Part shown: piece after piece, positions 1 through 7,719 of the stretch
How the letters are laid out: every line of letters starts with the position of its first letter
How positions within the stretch are numbered: the first letter of the stretch is position 1
Assembly: GCA_028866905.1 (NCBI GenBank)
Contig: JAGWHI010000002.1
Coordinates: forward strand, 7,219 to 71,218
DNA length: 64,000 bases
Source of the DNA: Candidatus Micrarchaeota archaeon
Lineage (GTDB): Archaea > Micrarchaeota > Micrarchaeia > Micrarchaeales > Micrarchaeaceae
Direction of reading: 5' to 3'
Translations under genes and position numbers: made by a program
The notes under the pieces: generated by a model
Told to the model about the DNA's origin: nothing
The model's database searches: none
The model's input: only the letters and a program-made list of their open reading frames with translations

Positions 1-302
1 TTGCCGCAGTGGCCGGCATGATAGCGGTCATTGGAACAGGGGTTGACGCGCAGATAATAATAACCGATGAGATCATCGGGGGCCAGGAGAGCCAGTCCTC
101 GGCGAAGATGCTGCTCGGGAAGTCCTTCTACATAGTCTGGATGGACGCGCTGCTGCTGATAGTGGCCATGCTGCCGCTCTTCTTCTCCACAGCGCTGTCG
201 ACAGTCATAGGCTTCTCGGAATCTACGATAATCGGGGCGCTGCTCGGCGTGCTCATAACCAGGCCGGCGTACGGCGCGATAGTGAGCAGGCGCTTCGCCT
301 GA
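1..302 (+). CDS. SecD/SecF-family protein-export membrane subunit, C-terminal fragment (5' end outside window)
   Basis: The frame is open from the window edge. GTGVDAQIIITDE is followed by hydrophobic helices and a terminal ITRPAYGAIV segment, typical of the end of SecD/SecF-type proteins. Confidence 0.55.
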   Translation, partial: AAVAGMIAVIGTGVDAQIIITDEIIGGQESQSSAKMLLGKSFYIVWMDALLLIVAMLPLFFSTALSTVIGFSESTIIGALLGVLITRPAYGAIVSRRFA

Positions 303-341
303 GAAGGCCACCCTTTTAATCCTTGAAGACAGAATGATATC

Positions 342-998
342 ATGGAGCCACAACAGGGCCTGAAGTACTGCCCCACATGCGAGAGGTCGAGCAACGACGC
401 CAGGTTCATAGGCGAGTTCTGCGAATTCTGCGTGCGCGCAAAGATAACGAAGCGCATGAAGGACTCGGTGGAGGTGATAGCCTGCAAGAACTGCGGCAAG
501 ATAAAGACCCCGCTCGGGTTCGAAAACGTCTCCAAGGCGGCTATGGGCGACGCGATTGCCCACGAGCTCGGCGCGAAGGGCTGCAAGGTTACAGTGGAGA
601 GGTTCGACGATAGGGGCGCGGACCTATGGATGGAGTGCGAGACCGAGGACGGGCCGATAGAGTTCGACTACCCGGTAAGGCTGAAGATAAGGAAGCAGAT
701 GTGCATGCAGTGCTACAGGCGCACCTCCGGGTACTACGAGGCGCTGGTGCAGCTCAGGGGCGACATGAACAAGTGCAGCGCGCTCGTCAAGAGGCTTACC
801 AGATATGCCGAGGGAAGGGGGGCTTTCATAGCGAAGGTGGAGGAGCTGGACAACGGGTACGACGTATACGTGAGCGACAAGCTGCTCGCCGGGGAGTTCT
901 TCACGTTCCACAAGCTCAAGCCCAAAAGGTCGTTCACGCTCTACGGGATGAAGAAGGGGAAGAGGCTGTACAGGAACATATACCTGCTCAGGGTGTAG
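342..998 (+). CDS. NMD3-family protein (archaeal short form; ribosomal large-subunit associated)
   Basis: Cys pairs CPTC...CEFC and CKNCG are followed by a CMQCYRR..YYEALVQLRG block, which is the zinc-binding N-domain signature of NMD3. Confidence 0.7.
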   Translation: MEPQQGLKYCPTCERSSNDARFIGEFCEFCVRAKITKRMKDSVEVIACKNCGKIKTPLGFENVSKAAMGDAIAHELGAKGCKVTVERFDDRGADLWMECETEDGPIEFDYPVRLKIRKQMCMQCYRRTSGYYEALVQLRGDMNKCSALVKRLTRYAEGRGAFIAKVEELDNGYDVYVSDKLLAGEFFTFHKLKPKRSFTLYGMKKGKRLYRNIYLLRV

Positions 999-1023
999 CT
1001 GCTCTCCAATCGTATACGGAAAG

Positions 1024-1209
1024 TCAGACAATAGCCTCTATGTGGATTATATCGGCTCTTGAAAACACAGGATAGTCTGGATCAGTCTGTTTGAGTTGCT
1101 CTAGGAAGGCAAAGGCTTCCTCTGGTGTCTCCCGGGGTATTTCCTTCATCTTCCCAAACGTCACACCCTGAACGTCATGCCTTTTGTACACTATCCTGTA
1201 TCTAGTCAT
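1024..1209 (-). CDS. hypothetical small protein (61 aa)
   Basis: The ORF's ATG overlaps the stop of the upstream 93-aa ORF in an ATGA arrangement, suggesting translational coupling. No recognisable domain. Confidence 0.35.
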   Translation of the reverse strand: MTRYRIVYKRHDVQGVTFGKMKEIPRETPEEAFAFLEQLKQTDPDYPVFSRADIIHIEAIV

Positions 1210-1487
1210 AAAACCCCCCTATTCTTCTTGTAGATGTACCGGCTGGTCAGCTCACCAAGATCCCTACCTACCGCCTTGGATAGAAGCTGTCGGATAGTTT
1301 CCCTGCCCTTGTCTGAGGAGAATCTCGCAACTGCAATGAATCCGTAGTCGCCCTCAGTCACGTGTACCTTATCTATGCCGCTCACCCCTACAATCCGTGT
1401 AGCGAGTTTGTCTGCGTCCGAGTTTTCCTTCGGCTTTATCAGGAAGAACCCATTTGTACTTGCGGTTTTCCGTACGATTGGAAACAC
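1206..1487 (-). CDS. stand-alone Lrp/AsnC ligand-binding (RAM-like) domain protein, tentative
   Basis: The 93-aa ORF has the pattern FFLIKPKE..KLATRIVGVSGIDKVHVTEGDYGFIAV, resembling the beta-alpha-beta-beta-alpha-beta effector domain of Lrp/AsnC regulators. No HTH is present. Confidence 0.4.
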   Translation of the reverse strand: MFPIVRKTASTNGFFLIKPKENSDADKLATRIVGVSGIDKVHVTEGDYGFIAVARFSSDKGRETIRQLLSKAVGRDLGELTSRYIYKKNRGVL

Positions 1488-1489
1488 CC

Positions 1490-1630
1490 CTACCGCGCTT
1501 TATCTTGAAAGGCTATATCGTCGGCCCATACGATCCTCCAGACATTCTCCCCATCCCTGACAACCTTTATCGGCCTCGTCTCGTCATGTGAAGGGGCCCT
1601 CTTCCATAGTCTTGCAAACCCTATTCTCAT
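1490..1630 (-). CDS. hypothetical small ORF (46 aa), below the ORF-track cutoff
   Basis: Manual translation gives MRIGFARLWKRAPSHDETRPIKVVRDGENVWRIVWADDIAFQDKAR. Its stop lies 2 nt before the start of the 1206..1487 ORF. It would be the first of three coupled small genes. Confidence 0.25.
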   Translation of the reverse strand: MRIGFARLWKRAPSHDETRPIKVVRDGENVWRIVWADDIAFQDKAR

Positions 1631-1909
1631 ATACCCACCTTATCGCAATGAGGTGAGTGGAAGGAAGATTGGCTGGACAGAGTGGTGGTTCTGCCTGTCG
1701 GGTGGAAACTCAAAGACAGGTAAAGCCGCCCTTCCTCAACCCACAACACCCGATATATGTTTATAGTTGAGGTTGTATAAATAGTTATTGTAATAAATTA
1801 TAAAATTATTAGATTTAAGTCTTAATTTTCTGACATAATTTTTAATAATTTATAGTTAAAAGCTAAATTTTTCAAAAAGTATATATATTTTTAGTTATAA
1901 AGGTATATT

Positions 1910-3301
1910 GTGGAGGGTGTCCCTAAGAAGGTAAACATTACCTTCGAGCGCATGAAGAAAGAATACAAGAATCTTGTCCTGATTTCCAAGAATGGCCATT
2001 ATTACGTTTACAGGAACAGATCCTACTGGGACAAAGCCGCAAAACGTCCCAGAGTAGAAACAAGCTATCTTGGCCTTATAGAGGAGAATGGCATATTCAA
2101 GGAGAAGAGGGCGATATCGTCAAACGCAATTGAAAGGGCCAAGCACATAATCGAGAGCATTGGTGGAAAGGTGACGTTGCCGGCGGCTACGGAGAGCGTT
2201 GTTCCTGTACCTGAAATAAAACCAGAGGACATAAATGAGGTTGATAGGAGAATATTGAAAGCACTGAGCATGAACGCACGGCTGCCTGCAGGCAAGATAG
2301 GAAAACTGGTCGGGCTATCGCCACAGGCTACGTACAGAAGGATAAAGTTTCTCGGGGAAAAGCTTGGGATAAAGTATATACTTGAGCTGAACACAAACAG
2401 GTTGGGTTATATAGATCTGTTAGCCTTTGTAAAATTTGATGGCAAGTTACCTTCGCCAAAAGAGATAAAAGACGCATTCGAAAAAGAGCCATATATCCAG
2501 TTTTGTGCGCTTCTTAAGGGAGATTACGACATAATGCTATACATTCTGGCAGATAAAGATCTTGAAGCAACAGATGTGATATTGGATAAAATTTTGAAGA
2601 ACACGCTTGTGGACTATACGTTATCATGGGACATAAAAATTGTTTTACTTCCCTATAATTTTATACCTATAAGAGAACAATTTTTCGATGTGTTAGAACG
2701 GAGAGTATGGAAAAAATCCAAAGAAAGCCCCAGACCTAAGCCAACCGATATTAGATTAAGGGAGTATCTACTGCTAAAAGGATTGAATTCTAATAGTGTA
2801 GAGAGGTTTAGACGTATAGATGTAAGATATAATCTCGAAAATGGCAATTCCAGATATTCCTATTTTGATTTATTAGATAGGAAGATTATAAGCAGACCTA
2901 CAATCACAATGACTAAATTGCCGATACAATATAATGCAATAATCGAGATGGCAGTATGGCAAAGGGGGGAGTATGAGCGAACTAAGAACTATTACAGATT
3001 AGATTTGATTAACGACACAAAATACCCAATAAACAAATATAGTTTAGCATATGGTATACGTGACCCTAATGGCGTTTTCTTAATAATGCCCATCATGGAG
3101 AATAATGATTTGGAGAATACAGTAGCTAATTTAGGAAATAATGTCAGAGGCGTGAAGTTTAAAACTTTTATGATTACTTCAGTTCTGATAGGTAATTTAT
3201 GTTATAGACTCTTTGACAACTTCTATTCTATGCAATATGTCGATTTAACAAATACAGGATACGAAAAGGTAGCAAAGCAACCTCCGAAATACTTCTTCTA
3301 A
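1910..3301 (+). CDS. 463-aa protein with an Lrp/AsnC-type HTH plus effector domain, followed by a second degenerate Lrp-like module
   Basis: GTG start. EVDRRILKALSMNARLPAGKIGKLVGLSPQATYRRIKFL is a classic HTH_AsnC motif and is followed by GYIDLLAFVKF...GDYDIMLYI. The gene sits in a strongly AT-rich island, and an AT-rich TATA-like stretch lies just upstream. Confidence 0.7.
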   Translation: MEGVPKKVNITFERMKKEYKNLVLISKNGHYYVYRNRSYWDKAAKRPRVETSYLGLIEENGIFKEKRAISSNAIERAKHIIESIGGKVTLPAATESVVPVPEIKPEDINEVDRRILKALSMNARLPAGKIGKLVGLSPQATYRRIKFLGEKLGIKYILELNTNRLGYIDLLAFVKFDGKLPSPKEIKDAFEKEPYIQFCALLKGDYDIMLYILADKDLEATDVILDKILKNTLVDYTLSWDIKIVLLPYNFIPIREQFFDVLERRVWKKSKESPRPKPTDIRLREYLLLKGLNSNSVERFRRIDVRYNLENGNSRYSYFDLLDRKIISRPTITMTKLPIQYNAIIEMAVWQRGEYERTKNYYRLDLINDTKYPINKYSLAYGIRDPNGVFLIMPIMENNDLENTVANLGNNVRGVKFKTFMITSVLIGNLCYRLFDNFYSMQYVDLTNTGYEKVAKQPPKYFF

Positions 3302-3470
3302 AATCCGCAAATAGCATAACTAAAATAGGCATTAATTACTGCTTTTAATGTTCTCCTTTCATTATTATCACCAACTCCATATTACATTCCACACTGGAAC
3401 GGCGCCTTTTAAATACCTTTTGTGCAGGTAGGGATAGTTCCATACATATGGGAAAATCGGGTTGGTACCG

Positions 3471-3938
3471 CTACGTAGACTTCATGTAGACGCAGGATAT
3501 CGCCACGTTGGTCGGGCACTGGTCCTGTGCGCTCACGTTGAGGAGGTATGTGCCTGTGGACGATATCGACTCGAGGTACCCGCTGACGTTGACCGGTGTG
3601 TACGCGCTGACATAGCTGTAGCCCGCGTTGGTGCTCACCACGAAGGTTATCTCGTGCCCAACCCCGTTCTGCAGCGTGCCCACGTAGATGTTCTGCACGT
3701 TTGGCGGCACGTCGACCACCACCAGCTGCTTGGCCGGGTACCCCTGCGCGCCCACCTCGACGGCCACGCTCGCCAGCTTGTTCGCCGCGGCCTGGGCCTC
3801 GGTGGTGGAAAGCGTGGACGAGGACTGGGATATCTGGATGAACGCCAGCACCACTATTGGCAGCAGGATTATGAGGCCGAAGGACAGGGTAATCAGTAGC
3901 TCAAGGCTTGACTGCGACCTCTTGTTCTGCTGAATCAT
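3471..3938 (-). CDS. pilin-like protein with archaeal class III (type IV prepilin-like) signal peptide
   Basis: The N-terminus MIQQNKRSQSSLELLITLSFGLIILLPIVVLAF has a basic stretch, then Q-S-S-L-E, then a hydrophobic helix. The rest is Ser/Thr/Val-rich and looks beta-rich. The start lies 1 nt after the stop of the CBS gene. Confidence 0.65.
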   Translation of the reverse strand: MIQQNKRSQSSLELLITLSFGLIILLPIVVLAFIQISQSSSTLSTTEAQAAANKLASVAVEVGAQGYPAKQLVVVDVPPNVQNIYVGTLQNGVGHEITFVVSTNAGYSYVSAYTPVNVSGYLESISSTGTYLLNVSAQDQCPTNVAISCVYMKST

Positions 3939-3939
3939 C

Positions 3940-5103
3940 TCATTCCTCTTCGTAGCTGCCAGCCACCTTCTTGACCAGTATGCGCTTCTCCTTGCCCTTG
4001 AGTATCTCCTCCCTCAGCACCTGGGTGAGCTTCGCCATCGCGCGCTCGAGGAGGAACTCGTTGACGTGCACCGTTATTATCGGCCTGCCGGCTATGGCGA
4101 GGCGCGCCCTGATCTCGTAGCTCTTCGTCTTTATGTGCTTCACGTTGAGCGTTATGTAGTCGATGTTCATCCTGTTGAGCTTCTCTATCTTGCCCATGAA
4201 CGAGTTGATCTCCTCGCGTATCTCGTCCTCGTACTCGTAGGTGTTCTGGTCGAGCCCGGATATGAATATGCGGTTCTGCCTCACCTGGCCCTTGGCCACA
4301 AGGCTCTCGAACACGTCGTGTATCGTCAGCATGCCTACTGGCTTGCCCTGCTTCACCACAACCAGCGACGATATCTCGTTCTCCACCATCTTCTTGACCG
4401 CCTCGGGCAGCGGCGCGCCCTGGTCTACGGTGTGCGGCGTCCTCTGCATCACGCTGTCGATTGTTATGTTGGACGGGTTGTACTGCTTCGTCTTCATCTC
4501 CGGGAGCCGCTCGCCGGGCTTGGCGAAGTTGATTATGTCGTGGTTTGTCAGGAGCCCGACGAACCTCCCGCCCTCCAGTACCGCAAGCCTGTTCACCTTG
4601 TTGTCCCTCATCGCGGCCCTCGCCTGCGTGAGAGTGGAGTTGATGTCTATGGCCATCACCGGGCTGGACATCGAGTCCGACACCGTGAATGCGCCGAGCT
4701 CGCCCATGGAGAGCATCGCCTTGAGCAGCGTCCACCTGGTGAGTATCCCCTTTATCTTCCTGGAGTTGTCCATGTACGGCAGCGCCTTTACGCGTGACTT
4801 GTAGAAGTAGTATATCACCGAGTCCATTGTGGTGCTGTTCGTTATCTTCGGCACCCTTGTGACTATCTTGCCGATAGTCTGCGCCTTCCCAAGGTTCAGG
4901 CTCAGCTTCGACCTGTATATGGACCTCGAGTCGACTATCCCCTCGTACTGCCTGTCCCTGTTGACTATGACGGCCCCGTACTGCCTTACCGCTGGCATGA
5001 CCTTGGATATCGGCATCTTGTGATCGAACGATACGGTCTTCGAAATCAGGCCTTCGGGTATGTGAATTTTCTCCATGAGCGCACCAAATAGACTTAAACG
5101 CAA
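3940..5103 (-). CDS. CBS-domain protein (multiple tandem CBS pairs)
   Basis: Repeated CBS-type segments are visible, e.g. GIVDSRSIY, LPYMDNSRKIKGILTRWTLL, NRLAVLEGGRFVGLLTNHDII and SSLVVVKQGKPVGMLTIHDVF. The true start may be the internal MEKIHIP. Confidence 0.75.
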   Translation of the reverse strand: MRLSLFGALMEKIHIPEGLISKTVSFDHKMPISKVMPAVRQYGAVIVNRDRQYEGIVDSRSIYRSKLSLNLGKAQTIGKIVTRVPKITNSTTMDSVIYYFYKSRVKALPYMDNSRKIKGILTRWTLLKAMLSMGELGAFTVSDSMSSPVMAIDINSTLTQARAAMRDNKVNRLAVLEGGRFVGLLTNHDIINFAKPGERLPEMKTKQYNPSNITIDSVMQRTPHTVDQGAPLPEAVKKMVENEISSLVVVKQGKPVGMLTIHDVFESLVAKGQVRQNRIFISGLDQNTYEYEDEIREEINSFMGKIEKLNRMNIDYITLNVKHIKTKSYEIRARLAIAGRPIITVHVNEFLLERAMAKLTQVLREEILKGKEKRILVKKVAGSYEEE

Positions 5104-5160
5104 TAAAGACGACGCTCATCTATTTAAGGCTATCGCAGTCTCCGAGCGAGAGAAGCCATA

Positions 5161-5182
5161 ATAATCTTCCAGAGAAGATTAT
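5161..5182. promoter_or_regulatory. perfect 9-bp inverted repeat ATAATCTTC-caga-GAAGATTAT immediately upstream of tRNA-Cys
   Basis: Read directly from the sequence. It lies in the divergent region between the CBS gene and the tRNA, and its AT-rich arms could double as a TATA element. Confidence 0.3.
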
Positions 5183-5187
5183 AGCGC

Positions 5188-5258
5188 GCCAGGATGGCAG
5201 ATCGGCTATGCGTCCGCCTGCAGAGCGGAGTAGGGGGATTCGACTTCCCCTCCTGGCT
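5188..5258 (+). tRNA. tRNA-Cys: tRNA-Cys (anticodon GCA)
   Basis: Hand-folded cloverleaf. Acceptor stem GCCAGGA/TCCTGGC (7 bp). D stem GCA(G)/(A)TGC. Anticodon stem TCCGC/GCGGA with loop CTGCAGA (U33, GCA, purine 37). Four-nt variable loop. T stem GGGGA/TCCCC with loop TTCGACT. Discriminator U. No encoded CCA. Confidence 0.85.
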
Positions 5259-5287
5259 CATCATTTGGTGGTCGCCTGATAATAGAC

Positions 5288-5626
5288 GTGGATGAGCGGG
5301 ATGCCAAGGGCAGGACCAGGCTGATGTGGGCGGCGCTGGGCGGCAGGGGGGAGGAGGTGGAGGCGCTGCTCGACGAGGGGTCCGACCCGAACCTGAAGGA
5401 CTACAGCGGGGAGACCGCGCTCGACCTCGCATTCAGGCAGGCGGAGGTTTCCGTGGTCGAGCAGGTCGACAGCGAAATGCGGTGGCGTGTGGTTGAGGGC
5501 TACCAGAACACGGTGAAGCTACTGCTGGACCACGGCGCGCGTGCCAACCACGGCGAGACCTACGAGGCGATATGCGAAAGGTTGAGGAAGTACAGGGCGG
5601 ACGGGTCGAAGTCGCCCTTCGGCTGA
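5288..5626 (+). CDS. ankyrin-repeat protein (about two repeats)
   Basis: GRTRLMWAALGGRGEEVEALLDEGSDPNLKDYSGETALDLA and VKLLLDHGARANHGE match the ANK consensus (G-x-T-x-L-H-x-A..., LL..GAD.N). Confidence 0.7.
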   Translation: MDERDAKGRTRLMWAALGGRGEEVEALLDEGSDPNLKDYSGETALDLAFRQAEVSVVEQVDSEMRWRVVEGYQNTVKLLLDHGARANHGETYEAICERLRKYRADGSKSPFG

Positions 5627-5644
5627 CTGCCCATTAATTTATAG

Positions 5645-6628
5645 ATGTCGCTCGCAATTACTCTAGCCGCTGGCGATCGCATGTTCTTGGACGACCTGGG
5701 CAAGGGGTGGATGCTCGGAGGCGCAGTCAGCAGGATGGTCTACAAGGACAAGAAGCTTCTCGTTTACCCGAGCATAGCGGTTTTGCTCAGCACCCTTCTT
5801 ACGCTGGTCGTGTTTGCACCGCTAGCCATCAGCCCGCAGGGGCCAGGAGCGCTCGGGGTCGTGCTCCTCCTCATAGTATGGTACGTGCTCATAGGCACGA
5901 TAACTTTCTACCTGGACATGGCGCTGCTCATAGAGTTCAGGGGCGACTACGGCGGCAAGAAGGTGGGGGTCAGGAGCGCTCTCGCGCAGGCGCTTGGGTA
6001 CATGCCTTACGTGGCCGCATGGGCGATAGTCTACGGCCTGATAATGATCGTGCTGGATTACGTTGAGTCGCTCGTCAGGGGATATGGCGGGGCCGGGGCG
6101 GGCGCCATCTTCGGTATATTTGCCGGGTTCTCAGTAAATGCCGCGCTGCTTTTCGTGTTCCCTGCCATATTCGAGGACAGGTTGGGGCCGATAGAAGCCA
6201 TAAAGAAGAGCGTGGACATAGTGAAGCGCAGGTTCGGGCAGACCTTCGCTGGCTTCGCCTTCACAGTCCTGTATGCCCTGGCGTTCAGGGTCATCGGTAT
6301 CCTCATCATAGTGTTCGCTTTCCTGTTCTTGAGCGGCTTCGGCGCCATAGAGCTCGTGGTGCTGATCATTGGGCTGGTCGTGTTCGGCCTTGGCTGGGTG
6401 TTCGCCAACACCTTCCGCATGGTGCTCAGCCTCATAGTGTACGATTACCTGAACGGAAAGCCGCTGCCCGATGGGATCGACAAGCAAATGCTAAACATGG
6501 CGCTGCTCAGGGAGGGCGATGAAGGGGGCGGGGCTGCCGGCGGAGGTTCAATTTTCCCGAAGGACATCTCCGAGGGGTACATGGAGGATGACATAAGCAA
6601 CATAGAGGAAGAGGAGGATTATGGCTAG
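5645..6628 (+). CDS. polytopic membrane protein with Gly-rich and acidic C-terminal tail, unknown function
   Basis: About six or seven hydrophobic helices, with a C-terminus of GGGAAGGGS...NIEEEEDYG. The start could be an internal Met because a TATA-like element abuts the first ATG. Confidence 0.55.
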   Translation: MSLAITLAAGDRMFLDDLGKGWMLGGAVSRMVYKDKKLLVYPSIAVLLSTLLTLVVFAPLAISPQGPGALGVVLLLIVWYVLIGTITFYLDMALLIEFRGDYGGKKVGVRSALAQALGYMPYVAAWAIVYGLIMIVLDYVESLVRGYGGAGAGAIFGIFAGFSVNAALLFVFPAIFEDRLGPIEAIKKSVDIVKRRFGQTFAGFAFTVLYALAFRVIGILIIVFAFLFLSGFGAIELVVLIIGLVVFGLGWVFANTFRMVLSLIVYDYLNGKPLPDGIDKQMLNMALLREGDEGGGAAGGGSIFPKDISEGYMEDDISNIEEEEDYG

Positions 6629-6887
6629 GCGCAAGCCGAGGAACTGGGTAGCTGGTATAACCACAGTCTCGACTTATCCACCGCCCGGCACGTTCACCAA
6701 ATCAGCCGGGGAAATAGCCAGGATCATGGCAAGGAGGGATGTGTCACCGAAGGGGATTGGGTCGGGAATCAGGATGATCCAATACTTTATCAATAGGTCG
6801 GGGAAGGGGCTTCCTGAGCGCAGGCGCACGGAGCTTGAAAAGGCGAAAAGGATACTCCAGAAGAGGCTTCGCGAATCGCGCAGCTAG
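6621..6887 (+). CDS. DUF3175-like small protein
   Basis: The pattern STYPPPGTFTKSAGEIARIMA..VSPKGIGSGIRMIQYFINRSGKGLPERRRTELEKAK matches my recollection of the DUF3175 family. It overlaps the upstream gene by 8 nt. Confidence 0.55.
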   Translation: MARRKPRNWVAGITTVSTYPPPGTFTKSAGEIARIMARRDVSPKGIGSGIRMIQYFINRSGKGLPERRRTELEKAKRILQKRLRESRS

Positions 6888-7711
6888 CGGTACCTGTATA
6901 CCTTGTTCCCCCAGATGTCAGGGTCGCCCCAAAGGCCCAGCCTCCATGCGTTGAACTCCACCACCTGGGTGTGGTCTATGAACAGGTTGGCGTCTCGGCC
7001 CACGTTCTTGTAGTACCACTTGAACACTTCGGGGTCTGCAGCCTCGAACATCCACCTGTTGTACCCGAATTCCTTTACCAGCTTCCTTATCACGTCAAGG
7101 CGCCACTTGTTAGGGGGAAGGTCCTCGGTAAGGCCTTCCGACTCGACCATTATTATCTCGGCACCCGATTTCAGGTACGCCTTGGCCTCATCGAAGAACT
7201 CGCCCATCGTCTTCATCCTTGTCTTGTACCCCACTATGTGGGTGCCGGCGCCAGCCCCGATCATCATGGATATCTCAGGCTTCGGCTTCATCCCCAGATC
7301 CCTCACCTTCTCGACCATGGCGAGCCTGTCCTCCATGCTCACCCTGACGAAACCGCTGGATATCTCGACGACGTCATAGCCCAACTCCCTGCACCCCTCG
7401 AAATACCTATCCACTGCCTTTTTCCCCTGCACAAGGACGCGCTCGACGAATCCGCCGGTAGAAACGTAGACGTCGTGATCGTGGCAGAGGTCTATTATCT
7501 TCTTGACCTTACCCCTGTCCATCAGCCTCATGGTGCCGCATGCGAATTTCATCCCGTCGAAGTAGTCGCCCCACGCGTCGAGCAGGTCGCTGATGTATGT
7601 TATCGTAGGGGTGGCCGCATAGTAGGGCACCCTTATCTCGGTAATCCCCTTCTTCCTCGGCTTCTTCGGCAGGTCGTATATCTCAACGAAATCGAAAGCT
7701 CTCTTTCCCAT
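6884..7711 (-). CDS. comA: (2R)-phospho-3-sulfolactate synthase (ComA) family protein
   Basis: The 275-aa ORF has LPKKPRKKGITEIRVP, DYFDGMKFACGT, VYVSTGGFVE and GYDVVEISSGFV blocks, characteristic of the ComA TIM-barrel family. Confidence 0.7.
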   Translation of the reverse strand: MGKRAFDFVEIYDLPKKPRKKGITEIRVPYYAATPTITYISDLLDAWGDYFDGMKFACGTMRLMDRGKVKKIIDLCHDHDVYVSTGGFVERVLVQGKKAVDRYFEGCRELGYDVVEISSGFVRVSMEDRLAMVEKVRDLGMKPKPEISMMIGAGAGTHIVGYKTRMKTMGEFFDEAKAYLKSGAEIIMVESEGLTEDLPPNKWRLDVIRKLVKEFGYNRWMFEAADPEVFKWYYKNVGRDANLFIDHTQVVEFNAWRLGLWGDPDIWGNKVYRYR

Positions 7712-7719
7712 TCTCTCGC

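Noticed and set aside
1488-1740. Possible tRNA, tRNA fragment or att site in the GC-rich ORF-poor stretch bordering the island
   Set aside because: Stems can be drawn (GGAAGG/CCTTCC and CCTGTC/GACAGG). No acceptor stem, T-loop (GTTCRANYC-like) or anticodon arm can be assembled on either strand.
1740-3460. Annotating the AT-rich island as a mobile element
   Set aside because: I could not find an integrase or transposase, terminal inverted repeats, flanking direct repeats or a tRNA target. I report it as a compositional island only.
3935-5119. 394-aa alternative-frame ORF overlapping the CBS-domain gene, plus plus-strand ORFs at 4066..4804
   Set aside because: The translations are Arg/Gly/His/Asp-rich and low in complexity. 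The CBS frame has recognisable repeated domains and the typical codon bias.
5130-5432. 100-aa minus-strand ORF spanning the tRNA-Cys locus
   Set aside because: It is Pro/Arg-rich and overlaps a well-folded tRNA and the ankyrin gene.
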